From contig JALWXN010000004.1 in assembly GCA_027078545.1 (NCBI GenBank), positions 480,001 through 544,000 on the forward strand: DNA of 64,000 nt, given 5' to 3'. Source of the DNA: Nitrososphaeria archaeon (GTDB lineage Archaea > Thermoproteota > Nitrososphaeria > Geothermarchaeales > JDFR-13). Shown in pieces: positions 10,044 through 19,792 of the stretch (positions are counted from its first letter, which is position 1; the number at the start of each line of letters is the position of its first letter). The position numbers were made by a program, and so were the translations under genes. The notes beneath the pieces are model-generated. The model was given only the letters and a program-made list of their open reading frames with translations, did no database searches and was not told where the DNA came from.

Positions 10044-12473
10044 GTGAAGCGGGTAATAATTCTCCCGGTGTTTATTATAATCGTACTTCTCGGACTTGGC
10101 CCAGTGCAGGGTGCCAGTACCTACCAGGTACCCACCGATTTTCCTGACATATATACAGCGATCAATAGTGTTCCACCAGGCTCTGTGATCGAGGTTAGTG
10201 GTGTCCAGCTGATAACTATGCCTGTAGTGGTCTTCAAGGATCTGAAGATCGTAGGCGGTGTCTATATACCCATCGATGGTTATGAGGTGTTCTACGACCC
10301 TATCTTTGTCGTCTCTGGGGCAAATCTCACCATGGTTGGGGTGCGGATCATCGATGACGATGTTGTTGATCCGTATAAACTGGTGGGTATCCATGTGATG
10401 AGTGGAAGGCTGGAGCTGATACAGTCGAACATAACGTTGCCGATTACAGATATCCTCTTCCCGGGTGGTGGCCGGGGTTCCTCTATCTTTGCCAACACGG
10501 GTATATTCGCCACGGGAGGGACAACCAATGTGTACTCTTCATTTATCAAGGCCGAGATTGCCGTTATGATAGGTTCTACACCGAGCCCGCCCAGCGATCC
10601 TATCAAAGTATTCCCCATAGGGGAGGAGAGAGTGGAGCCTGGTAAGGGGAAGCAGTATACTGAGATAATCATATCTCCGACCAGGGAGATATCTATTCCG
10701 GGAGAGGCTAGAAAGGAGGAGGTGGTTAGGACTGCTGTAGCTTGGCTCGAGTCTAGTCGAGTGGCTGCTCAGCCAATGCCACAATTCCCGACCCCCTCAC
10801 AAGTCTCACTTAATAACCCGATACATGTCAATGTATACGGCAGTCTATTCGTGGCAGACGTAGGTTACTACATCTCCTCTACCCTAGAGTCCCCAGTGTT
10901 GAAGTCCCAATCCAATCTAATGTTGGCCGAGATGGGTGTCTATGCAGCCTTCTCACCCTTTGCTCCATATGACATACCGATTACTTCTCTGTTAATCGAG
11001 GTGATTAGGGACAGGATATACTCGTGGAGTGGCGGCGGGGGGATAGCGTTCACATATCCAGGTATCTCCTCGGTTGTTGCTGGTGCGAATATGTATGTGA
11101 GGTTCGCTGGTGTGGAGGCCTCTGGACAGGGCTTCGGACATCTAATGGTTGTCGGTATAAGGCTGGGTAGAATCGGTGGAGCGACCAACTTCTACTACTA
11201 TATTGACGGAGGGAACTATCAGCTGAGCAACTCTCCATTCTTCTTGGGAGCCCAGACCAGATACACATTGTCACCACTATACATCGTCCTGAATAACCTG
11301 GACGTGGTTAACGAGGGTGATACAGAGTGGTCAAACAAGTTTGCATGGATCATTACAGATCGCTCATCGTTGGGTCTCGATATGTATGTAAGGAACGTGG
11401 TCGAGGAGGGATATATAGAGGGGATACGTCTCGACACAAGGGACTACATCAAATATCTCAGGGTATTTGGGCTTGGCTATTTCCACTGGGAGCGGAGTGG
11501 ACCGGGGCTTGTGATGAATGTTCTTCTCGGCTGGGCCAATAATCCGTTGGGCTCGGATCCGAAGAGTTTTCTAGAGATGATTTCTGAACCTGTCGAGGGC
11601 GAGGGTTTGAATGAGTTGATATCTTATTTGGCTGAGCGTGACGACGTAGTCTTCCTCTACAGTATCCTATGGTCTATATGGCTAAACTCGTTTGATGAGA
11701 GGAATGGCCTCGGTGTATCGCTTATAGAGACAGTGTATGTACAGAGTACGGAGTCTATACTCAGGAATGCATGGATAAATAGTATATGGACGCTGGAGAC
11801 ACTAGTCCTTAGCCAGTACACGGATACACCTATCCAGGGTGCATCTGTGTTATATACACATGCAGGGATGTTAAAGTCCTCAGGCGTTACTGGTCCTGCC
11901 GGAAGCTATACCTCCACATTTATACACCGGGTAGACAGGTCGTCATACATACCTCTCAACATCTTCAGCATCCAGAGCAGCTTCATCTCACCATTAAGGG
12001 TTGATGCCAAGTTCCAGGGAGCCTCGGCCGGGACATGGTACATACCCTATGTTGGAGACGATATAACACTGCCAAACTGGTTCGGCAGGATAGTTCTCCG
12101 CCTACCGGTACTGGCTGTAAGGGTACTGGGCTTCAGCCACGACATGGGCACCACATACCTGGAGATCCTTGGATATAAGGGTGGATTCGCAGGTTTCTAC
12201 AGCTATACACCTGATGAACTCGGGGATATAAGGGGGGAGGAGCCACAGCAGCAGGGCCAGGTAAGCCCTGCATCCGGTTTTTGGAACCAGACTAGAACTG
12301 GCTACCGCTACTATGACCTGAGGATAATCAAGGTGGCCTATTCACCTTCATATATTAGGATCGATGCCATGATACTTTACGAGGGCTTTTGGCAACCCAC
12401 GGTGATATATATCAACACTATTGAGAGACTTGTCTGGAGCCCAGGACCAGTAGACTTCAGAGGATGGTACTAA
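10044..12473 (+). CDS. Large secreted protein with pectin-lyase-like beta-helix N-terminal cap; function unknown
   Basis: Signal peptide, VPTDFPDIYTAIN cap motif, beta-rich S/G/Y/I composition. Confidence 0.6.
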   Translation: MKRVIILPVFIIIVLLGLGPVQGASTYQVPTDFPDIYTAINSVPPGSVIEVSGVQLITMPVVVFKDLKIVGGVYIPIDGYEVFYDPIFVVSGANLTMVGVRIIDDDVVDPYKLVGIHVMSGRLELIQSNITLPITDILFPGGGRGSSIFANTGIFATGGTTNVYSSFIKAEIAVMIGSTPSPPSDPIKVFPIGEERVEPGKGKQYTEIIISPTREISIPGEARKEEVVRTAVAWLESSRVAAQPMPQFPTPSQVSLNNPIHVNVYGSLFVADVGYYISSTLESPVLKSQSNLMLAEMGVYAAFSPFAPYDIPITSLLIEVIRDRIYSWSGGGGIAFTYPGISSVVAGANMYVRFAGVEASGQGFGHLMVVGIRLGRIGGATNFYYYIDGGNYQLSNSPFFLGAQTRYTLSPLYIVLNNLDVVNEGDTEWSNKFAWIITDRSSLGLDMYVRNVVEEGYIEGIRLDTRDYIKYLRVFGLGYFHWERSGPGLVMNVLLGWANNPLGSDPKSFLEMISEPVEGEGLNELISYLAERDDVVFLYSILWSIWLNSFDERNGLGVSLIETVYVQSTESILRNAWINSIWTLETLVLSQYTDTPIQGASVLYTHAGMLKSSGVTGPAGSYTSTFIHRVDRSSYIPLNIFSIQSSFISPLRVDAKFQGASAGTWYIPYVGDDITLPNWFGRIVLRLPVLAVRVLGFSHDMGTTYLEILGYKGGFAGFYSYTPDELGDIRGEEPQQQGQVSPASGFWNQTRTGYRYYDLRIIKVAYSPSYIRIDAMILYEGFWQPTVIYINTIERLVWSPGPVDFRGWY

Positions 12474-12714
12474 CCCCTGTTTCACCTCTTTTTATTATCT
12501 TTTCAGATCATCGGGTTTGAATCCATTATGCGTGTCTACGTCACTAGATAACAACAACTTTGTTCAAATTAGAAGGTAACGATCTAGGTGTGGGACGTCT
12601 CACAAGTAAGTGTTTCTATTAATTCTACGGCCAAGCCTTAGATTACCATAATTCGATGTTAATCATGCCTCTTTAGACTCTGATTGAGATTGTGGATCAA
12701 GGTGCGCTACGTTA

Positions 12715-12823
12715 TGGAGCCGGGGCCGGGATTTGAACCCGGGTGGAGCAGGTGTCCGCCGGTCATCCCTGGCTTGGTCTCTACACCTGCAGCCTGCCGC
12801 CTAGACCACTCGGCCACCCCGGC
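12715..12823 (-). tRNA. tRNA-Cys(GCA) with 33-nt intron at 37/38 (12754-12786) and encoded CCA
   Basis: Reverse complement folds as a cloverleaf: GCCGGGG/CCCCGGC acceptor, U73 discriminator, GCAGG-CT-GCA-G[intron]A-CCTGC anticodon arm, GGTTCAAATCC T-loop. Confidence 0.93.
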
Positions 12824-12942
12824 CCCAGTATATGATTATTCTTTCTCGCCCTCCTTTTAAGCTGGTCTAGACGGTTCTTGGATTGGGTATTTATATTGTA
12901 TCAGGTCTCCAACCAAGTTGTGTCGGGCGTGGGTGTATAGCT

Positions 12943-13716
12943 GTGGAGCTAGTGACGATGATCCTCCTGGGCCTCTTCGGCCTGGGGGTCTCGATACTCT
13001 CGGCTGTGACTGGTATCGGTGGCGGGGGGTTCTACACTCCGGTGCTACACTTCGTCCTCGGGCTTGAGATTAGGAATGCCCTGGCCGTCTCCAGTGCGGG
13101 TATACTGGTTGGGAGTGGCCTCGCCTCGATAGTCTATCTCAGGAGGGGAGTAGCTAGACTGGGCATAGCCCTACCGATACTCGCCGGCCAGCTAATCACC
13201 TCAGCCATAAGTACTTATCTCACGGTCATTGTACCCAAGACCGTGATATACATCGTCCTGGCCAGCGTACTCCTCTACAACGCCCACCGGATACTGGGTG
13301 ATAGGAAGGTGGGGCGCGGAGGATCCAGGGAGCCATCCATCGCCGAGCTGATCCTTATCGGGCTTGTCACCGGCCTGATAGCGCCTTTGGCCGGTATAGG
13401 GGGAGGGATAATCATCGTTCCTAGCCTAGTAGCGCTATACGGTGTCGATAGCAAGGTGGCCACGGCCTCCTCACTCCTCGTCATAGCCCCATCATACATC
13501 CTCGTAACCTCGATGCACATATGGCTGGGCAACATGCTCCCAGAATACGCAGCACCACTCGTCGCAGGGATCCTGATAGGAAGCCTGATAGGCACAATGG
13601 TACACAAGAGAAGCGGGAGCAGGGAGATAAGGCTGCTAGTCGGACTAATAGCACTAGCCTTCGGAATATACACGTTATACAAGCTAGGTGAGCTGTTAAT
13701 CTTGCTCAACACATAG
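12943..13716 (+). CDS. TauE/SafE family sulfite exporter-like permease
   Basis: Two GIGGG motifs, about 8 TM segments, AVSSA / ATASSL; start adjusted to GTG 12943. Confidence 0.88.
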   Translation: MELVTMILLGLFGLGVSILSAVTGIGGGGFYTPVLHFVLGLEIRNALAVSSAGILVGSGLASIVYLRRGVARLGIALPILAGQLITSAISTYLTVIVPKTVIYIVLASVLLYNAHRILGDRKVGRGGSREPSIAELILIGLVTGLIAPLAGIGGGIIIVPSLVALYGVDSKVATASSLLVIAPSYILVTSMHIWLGNMLPEYAAPLVAGILIGSLIGTMVHKRSGSREIRLLVGLIALAFGIYTLYKLGELLILLNT

Positions 13717-13784
13717 ACGTGGGGGATATGTGAAAGTAAGTTTAATTATTTCCTTGTCAAAATAGTTTGACTGGTGAGTAACTG

Positions 13785-14201
13785 GTGGGGATGGATAGGA
13801 TCCAGAGATATGCAGATGAATGGCTTCCGGAGGAGATTCGGGTCATACTGAAGGCGCTGGGTAACGAGACTAGAATGGCTATAATAAGTTTCCTCTATGA
13901 GGAGGAGCCAACCACGTTTGTTGAGATTGTGAAGGGGTTGGGTCTGAAGAGTAACAAGCTCTCCTACCACCTTAGGATTCTTAGTCAGGCCGGCCTAATA
14001 GACAGGTACTATACTAGGGAGGGTGGCAGGGAAAGGATAACATATACATTGTCAGACCTGGGTAGGCATGTATATGAGTCGGCTCCAGTCATATTCATCC
14101 CCCGTGAAGCACTTGTTCGGGAAGTAATAGACCGGAAAGCTAAGGACATGATCAACATGTCTATGACGACTATGCAGATAATGGACAAGTTGCCACGGTG
14201 A
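13785..14201 (+). CDS. ArsR-family winged HTH regulator
   Basis: KALGNETRMAII..., LSYHLRILSQAGLI, YTLSDLG. Confidence 0.88.
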   Translation: MGMDRIQRYADEWLPEEIRVILKALGNETRMAIISFLYEEEPTTFVEIVKGLGLKSNKLSYHLRILSQAGLIDRYYTREGGRERITYTLSDLGRHVYESAPVIFIPREALVREVIDRKAKDMINMSMTTMQIMDKLPR

Positions 14202-14211
14202 GACTCTAGCA

Positions 14212-14577
14212 ATGACGGATGAGTATCACGTGTTCCTAGAAAGGCTTATTCAGCATCTCAGGACGCTAAGGACCAGGGATGACATAGAACTAGACGATGT
14301 TCTCAGGCTTTCGGAGATTGATAAAGAGGCTGTAAGATGGTCAAAGGAGAGAAGGATCCTTAACCTATATATTTTCGCCAGAATATCGTTGTCTACCCGG
14401 TTGGTACCATATCTTATCTTTAATACAGACCCGCCCAAGGACCTTATCAGAGAGATACTTGGTAGTCTGGAGAAACTGGTAGAAGCCATTAGAGACGAGG
14501 ATATGGATTTAGTAGTGGAGGCTCTACTCGATTTTATCACGATAGTGCCGTTCAAACTGGAGGGGTCAGAGACATAG
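14212..14577 (+). CDS. Hypothetical all-helical protein
   Basis: 121-aa ORF starting 10 bp after the ArsR gene, plausible codon usage. Confidence 0.65.
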   Translation: MTDEYHVFLERLIQHLRTLRTRDDIELDDVLRLSEIDKEAVRWSKERRILNLYIFARISLSTRLVPYLIFNTDPPKDLIREILGSLEKLVEAIRDEDMDLVVEALLDFITIVPFKLEGSET

Positions 14578-14642
14578 TGCGCTCCCCCGGCTCAGAACCC
14601 AAAATATAACAAGATATGCACACAATCTAAGATTATCGGGAC

Positions 14643-15206
14643 ATGTCCTCAAAACCTAAGAGGAAGAAGCCGTATAAAGCATTGATAGATAGGTATAAGA
14701 GGTCTATAGAAGTTGTTATCCTCGGTCCTTATAGAAGAATAGATTTATTGGAGGCCCTAAGGGACACGCTGATTGAGAGGGGATTTAAAAAGGTTTTTCT
14801 AGCTAAGGATCTTGATCCAAGAGAGGTCATAGGCGAAGATATAGATGCTCTGAGCGAGGACGAAATAAACAGGATGATGAGTGAATACGTCCTTAAAAAT
14901 AGTGACTTTAGGGTCTTTGTCATCGCCTCACCGCCTGAGATAAACATAGGTGTCTATAGCGAGCTTGAGATCTATGTGAATAGTAGATACTTCGACCGTC
15001 ACGCATGTATAGTCCTAATTGAGAGCTCCCTATATGATGAGAGGAGACAGACACTCAGACTAGGGTCCTCACTCCCAGCTGGGTTGCTTAAGATACGGGA
15101 TCTCCCTATTGAACCATATAAGGATGAGGGTGAATTCGAGAAGGCTGTGATGGGCAGGCTAATAAAATTTATCCATGCAAAGCTTTCGTCACAAGAGGAA
15201 GATTAG
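14643..15206 (+). CDS. Hypothetical protein with predicted nucleoside deoxyribosyltransferase (NDT)/TIR-like fold
   Basis: VVILGPY, LRDTL..RG..VFL, SDFRVFV, GVYSELE (possible catalytic Glu). Confidence 0.55.
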   Translation: MSSKPKRKKPYKALIDRYKRSIEVVILGPYRRIDLLEALRDTLIERGFKKVFLAKDLDPREVIGEDIDALSEDEINRMMSEYVLKNSDFRVFVIASPPEINIGVYSELEIYVNSRYFDRHACIVLIESSLYDERRQTLRLGSSLPAGLLKIRDLPIEPYKDEGEFEKAVMGRLIKFIHAKLSSQEED

Positions 15207-15433
15207 TGCTTCGGATACATAACATGGCCTTAAGGATATGGATAAAATGGAATTGTTACGTTGGTTACTGGGTTTAGAGGCTAGCCAACCATGAGGAACT
15301 ACACCATCGAGTGTGATAGAGGTCCCACCCACATTATATAATTCTTCTTGCAGATCGATTTGTGATTAAAAAATAAATACACTAGCTACGCCAATTACTC
15401 CCTATAGATGGGTTTAACAAACTATATGGTGTA

Positions 15434-15685
15434 TTGGATTTGAGTGAAAAACGTGCCGTGATGCTTAGCAAGGAAACTCTGGAGGCCCTCGGGAGGATCA
15501 AGATGGAGAGGGGGTTCGCCAGCCTTGATGAGGTGGTGAGGTGGCTCATCGCTAGGGAGAGGAGGCTTAGACTGCTGGAGGTCTTGGAGGAGGCCTGGAA
15601 TGAGAAGCCCTCAGAGGATGAGTTGGAGAGGCTGGTCGAGACCGTTGGGATGCTAAGGAGGAGTGGAAAGTGGTTGACAAGGTAG
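15434..15685 (+). CDS. VapB-like RHH antitoxin
   Basis: AVMLSKETLEAL..IK...GF.SLDEVV..L pattern; overlaps the PIN gene start. Confidence 0.75.
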   Translation: MDLSEKRAVMLSKETLEALGRIKMERGFASLDEVVRWLIARERRLRLLEVLEEAWNEKPSEDELERLVETVGMLRRSGKWLTR

Positions 15686-16085
15686 TGGTGGATACCTCCT
15701 TCCTAATAGAGCTCCTAGACAGGGGTAGGAGGGAGCTGGTTGAATATATCGTTGATAAGGAGGTTCTGATACCCTTAGTCGTACTCTACGAATATCTCTA
15801 TGGATATAGGTCATTGGTAGGGATGTGTCGAGGAGGGAGAGGATATTGGAAGGTCTGGGAACCATAGTATGGATGGATCAGAACATACTACTGAAGCTGA
15901 TAGATGTGAGGTATAGAGCTGAGAAGGAGGGCCAAAAGATCCCGAAGGCAGACCTGGTAATAATTGCTACTGCATCGACACACCAGGCACCGATACTCAC
16001 GCTTGACAAGGCACACTTCACCAGACACAGTATTGCAGATGTACAGGTAATCATCCCTGATCAAAACCAAAGATTTATGCGCTAG
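15670..16085 (+). pseudogene. vapC: VapC PIN-domain toxin split by a 1-nt frameshift near 15816
   Basis: VVVDTSFLI and VLYEY in one frame, ADLVIIATA and ILTLDKAHF in the other; adding one G at TTGGTAG restores ...LGRDVSRRERI. Confidence 0.85.
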
Positions 16086-17355
16086 GCGATTATGCGGTAA
16101 TACCGGGGCTAAAATTCCTACTTATGGGTGGCCTAAGGAGATGCTGTGTGTGAGGGTTGCCCGAAGAAGTGGGGATAGCCTCATACTAGCCCATTCCAAA
16201 TTTTTGTGGCGGTAGCTCCTCTTGGGCAGGGCTGCATATGTAGGGGTTGGATGCAATACATATGCATTAGCCCCCCAAGATTCAAGCCATACATATTCAA
16301 TTATCCCCCCATATCCGCCTGTCCAATGTCTACATATGACCATATCCCCCTCCAAGACATATTCTACCGCCCCCTCCCATAACTCTCACATATTACTCTA
16401 TCCCCTCTTCCCAGGCTAGTGTTGATAGAAGCGTCATGGAGGAGGGTTAAGGAGGGGTCTCTATATATTTGTGGGATAGAAGAGCCCCCTTATCCCTCTC
16501 GGGGAGGTATAGGAATATGTAGTCCCGCCATAGGGACATATTCTCATGGCCCCTCGGAGCTCTGGACATGGTGGAGACATTTAGAAGGTCCTGAATATTT
16601 ATCCCTTTTAAGGATCGGTTCTCCAAGCCGTTACAGTTATTGATAGATGGTTTATAACAGTTCCCTAGAGGGAGGGGTAAGCTATTATACGGGCTATGGC
16701 TCGTTTAGGGCTGACAATGGATAGATGAATACGTGGTGTACAGCCGAACATATATTTTTACATCCCCCTCCAAGACCCAGATCCTCAGCAAGCTCCACAA
16801 ACCTGCATGTGGGATCTGTGGAGATGAATGTGTAGGGCTGGGCAGGGGCTGTCTGGGACGCTTCACAACCCCCACGAACCATCATCGACAACCCAGCCCA
16901 GACGTGTGGAGGGGGGAGGGGGTGGAGATGAGGAGGTGTCGGGAACGCTAAACTCTCCACAAAGCCATGTTGAGTATTTGTGGAGCGGGTTCGGAAATGT
17001 GGGGGATAATGTCATATGTATATCGCTCCATAGACTAGGGCTAGATAGAGTGATAGAGTATAGCTAGGCAGAGTCATAGGACACAGGTAGATAGAGCCAT
17101 AGGGACAACCCAGCAACCACACCATAATATGTGTTGTCCTGTGTTGTTGTATTTGTTTGTGTGTTTGTGTGTTGTGTTTTTGTTCTGGCTTATATGGTTT
17201 TGATGTGTGTATGTGTGGTTTGTGTTGTTGTTTGGCGTCGCTATCTATAGCTGATCAACGGGGCTTGTAGGCTATGCTGATCTCATCTCCTCCCATGCAT
17301 CATAGCCATGTATCCTCATGACTAGGCCAATGTCTCGTCAATAGACACTTCATAA

Positions 17356-17625
17356 GGGATCGGCTATAGCTGGACCGGCGATACTCCACTCTTCCCACCT
17401 GTTCCTGGGCTTGGTTATGACCCGTTCCACGAGTTGGAGACGGTGTTCCACAGTGTTGCTCCATATGTCAGGTATGTGTATGGGGAGGTGTATCACCTGA
17501 GGGGGCTGAACAGGAGGTATGTCGAGACTGCTCTAGGCGTCCCTGTTGGCTACGACCCAGCCCTCGACACGGCTCTGGGGAGGAGGTTTGAGCGTCTCAT
17601 GAGGCTATACGGCTTGGATGGTGGA
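17356..17625 (+). pseudogene. Gene fragment running into array 2, possibly the C-terminus of a radical-SAM (SPL-like) protein
   Basis: Coding-like frame PVPGLGYDPFHELETVF...YVYGEVYHLRGLN with no credible start; family call weak. Confidence 0.3.
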
Positions 17626-17934
17626 CTTTCAACCCTTCCTAGTCTGGTTCTAACCAGAGCCGTATATTGAAGACGAGCTCCGTAATCTTTGACTAGACTT
17701 TCAACCCTTCCTAGTCTGGTTTTAACTCTACCTCACTGAGCTCCACCGTGTCACCGACTGACAGGTCTTTCAACCCTTCCTAGTCTGGTTTTAACCAGGG
17801 AGGTGGTGGAGTAGTGGCGATTGAGGATCTTGTTAGCTTTCAACCCTTCCTAGTCTGGTTTTAACGGGCTCTATATCTGGACTTCTCATCGATGGATGTT
17901 GCGTTCTTTCAACCCTTCCTAGTCTGGTTTTAAC
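17626..17934 (-). CRISPR. CRISPR array 2, family A, 5 repeats / 4 spacers
   Basis: Same repeat as array 1; the four leader-proximal copies read GGTTTTAAC instead of GGTTCTAAC. Confidence 0.98.
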
Positions 17935-18071
17935 ACAGGATTTTCATTTGTTTCTATATAGATGTTTTTAGTGTTTCTCTTATTTAAGTTTTGTGTGTGT
18001 CATATCGCTGAAGTTGAGGGGGGTTTATAAAGATGTGACGCAGAAAAGTATATAAACCTTTATAAAGGGGG
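17935..18071 (-). promoter_or_regulatory. CRISPR leader, family A
   Basis: Homologous to 3763-3900. Confidence 0.9.
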
Positions 18072-18114
18072 TCTTGCTTCTTGGTGATCTTCCCTTCTTT
18101 TGCTATTCTTTGTC

Positions 18115-18768
18115 TCAGGATTTGTTGATGATTTCTAGTGCGATTTGATATATTTCTAGGTATACTTCTCCTAGGTTGGTAAGTCGGTATCCTCCTCCTC
18201 TTCCGGGTAGTTTTATGACTAGTCCTTGATCCTTGAGCTTCTTAGCGGTTGATCTGTTTTTGCTAGTTCCCTTTTTCTTTATGTTGTCTAGCTCGTCTCG
18301 GTATTTGACTATCCAGGTTGGGGACATGTTTTTTATGGGGTTGAAGATAGGTACTTCGACGTGTCTCGACACGTTCTCGCTATATACAAATATTTTGGCG
18401 ACTCTGGGATCCATCTGTCCGTATAGGGTGAGTATGGATACTTGGCTCCTAGTCCCTCCGGAGAGTAGGAGGACTATGGGGCCTTTATACTTATCATCGT
18501 TGTTCCAGGTTGCCTCTATCAGTTTCTTTATGGATGGGTATACGTCGGCGTCGTCGATATCGACTATTTTATACCTATATTGGTTAAAGGCCTGTTCTAT
18601 AGCGTCCTCCGTCTCCCTAACCTTTTGTAGCAGCCCCTCGTCCCTATCCTCACCTGTCTCTGGGCGTACAAATATTATCCTGTCTTCCTCTGTAAGGCTT
18701 ATTTCCTTGAACTTTGCAAGGACATTTGTAATGTTGAACCCGATGCTCACGATGTATATCGTCATCAA
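18115..18768 (-). CDS. csa3: Csa3-like CARF + wHTH CRISPR transcriptional regulator
   Basis: IVSIGFN, LLSGGTR CARF motifs; C-terminal KLKDQGLV...YRLTNLG wing; ends next to a CRISPR leader. Confidence 0.8.
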   Translation of the reverse strand: MMTIYIVSIGFNITNVLAKFKEISLTEEDRIIFVRPETGEDRDEGLLQKVRETEDAIEQAFNQYRYKIVDIDDADVYPSIKKLIEATWNNDDKYKGPIVLLLSGGTRSQVSILTLYGQMDPRVAKIFVYSENVSRHVEVPIFNPIKNMSPTWIVKYRDELDNIKKKGTSKNRSTAKKLKDQGLVIKLPGRGGGYRLTNLGEVYLEIYQIALEIINKS

Positions 18769-18913
18769 TCAGATGTCTTGTGTGGTGATGCTTATAACTT
18801 TGTTGTTCCTTGTCGAGCCTTCTCGACATGGATTTCCCCATGTTTTCGTGTGTGGTGTCTAGGCTGGTTGACAGAATCTATATATGTGTCGAGCCTCTCC
18901 CTGCTTCCCTGGG

Positions 18914-19792
18914 ATGATCCGGACGTATGGGCTTGGTAAGAGGTTTGATGGTGTCTGGGGTGTCCGTGGACTGAGCATAACGGTTGAGCCCGGCTCGGTC
19001 ACGATGCTCCTAGGCCCCAACGGTAGTGGTAAGACTACTACTGTCCGCCTCCTCGCCACGGTCTATAGGCCTAGTGAGGGTGACGCCGAGGTCATGGGTC
19101 TACGCCTTACGAGGGACTACCGGAGGATCCGTAGATTAGTGTCCTATCTCCCACAGGAGGTGAGCCTATACAACATGTGGACCCCGATGGACGCGGTAAA
19201 GTGGGTCCTGGTGGCGAGGGGCTACTCCAGGGGCGTGGCGTCATCCATAGCTAGGGATTGGATGGAGAGGCTTGGCATCTGGGAATATAGGGATAGGAAG
19301 GGATGGGCATTGAGCGGTGGGATGAAGAGGCGTGTCCTCCTAGCGATGGCCCTGGCTCCGGAGTCTGAGGTGGTCTTCCTCGACGAGCCGACCACGGGTA
19401 TAGACCTCTCGGCGAGGGTCGATATATGGAGGGTTATCAGGGAGGAGGCACGTGGTGGGAGGACGATCCTACTCACTACCCATGACATGATGGAGGGTGA
19501 GGCATTGGCTGATAAGGTTGTACTCCTCCATAGGGGCCGTGTCCTTGTGGAGGCTCCTCTCAAGACACTTCTAGACGAGTTCCCCTACAGGTATAAGGTG
19601 ATCCTCCATAGCATGCCCAACGGTGTAGATGCACCGGTAATACCGGTGGGGGATAGGTACATGCTCCTCGTGAGGAGTAGGGAGGAGGCATTGGAGATCC
19701 TTTCCCAAGCAGGTGGTGTGGGCGAGGTGTCTAAAACAGGTCTGGCCGAGTACTACCTCTACCTCTCGGGTGGTAGTGATGGGGAGGCTTAA
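18914..19792 (+). CDS. ABC-2 type exporter ATPase
   Basis: GPNGSGKTT, LSGGMKRR, FLDEPTTGID, LTTH. Confidence 0.9.
   Translation: MIRTYGLGKRFDGVWGVRGLSITVEPGSVTMLLGPNGSGKTTTVRLLATVYRPSEGDAEVMGLRLTRDYRRIRRLVSYLPQEVSLYNMWTPMDAVKWVLVARGYSRGVASSIARDWMERLGIWEYRDRKGWALSGGMKRRVLLAMALAPESEVVFLDEPTTGIDLSARVDIWRVIREEARGGRTILLTTHDMMEGEALADKVVLLHRGRVLVEAPLKTLLDEFPYRYKVILHSMPNGVDAPVIPVGDRYMLLVRSREEALEILSQAGGVGEVSKTGLAEYYLYLSGGSDGEA

Noticed and set aside
14585-14595. CCCCCGGCT resembles a tRNA 3' end (possible att site)
   Set aside because: Only 9 nt, with no integrase and no consistent element boundaries.
16094-16106. GCGGTAATACCGG matches the 16S rRNA 530-loop region
   Set aside because: Only about 13 nt, with no further rRNA similarity and no C/D boxes on the antisense strand.
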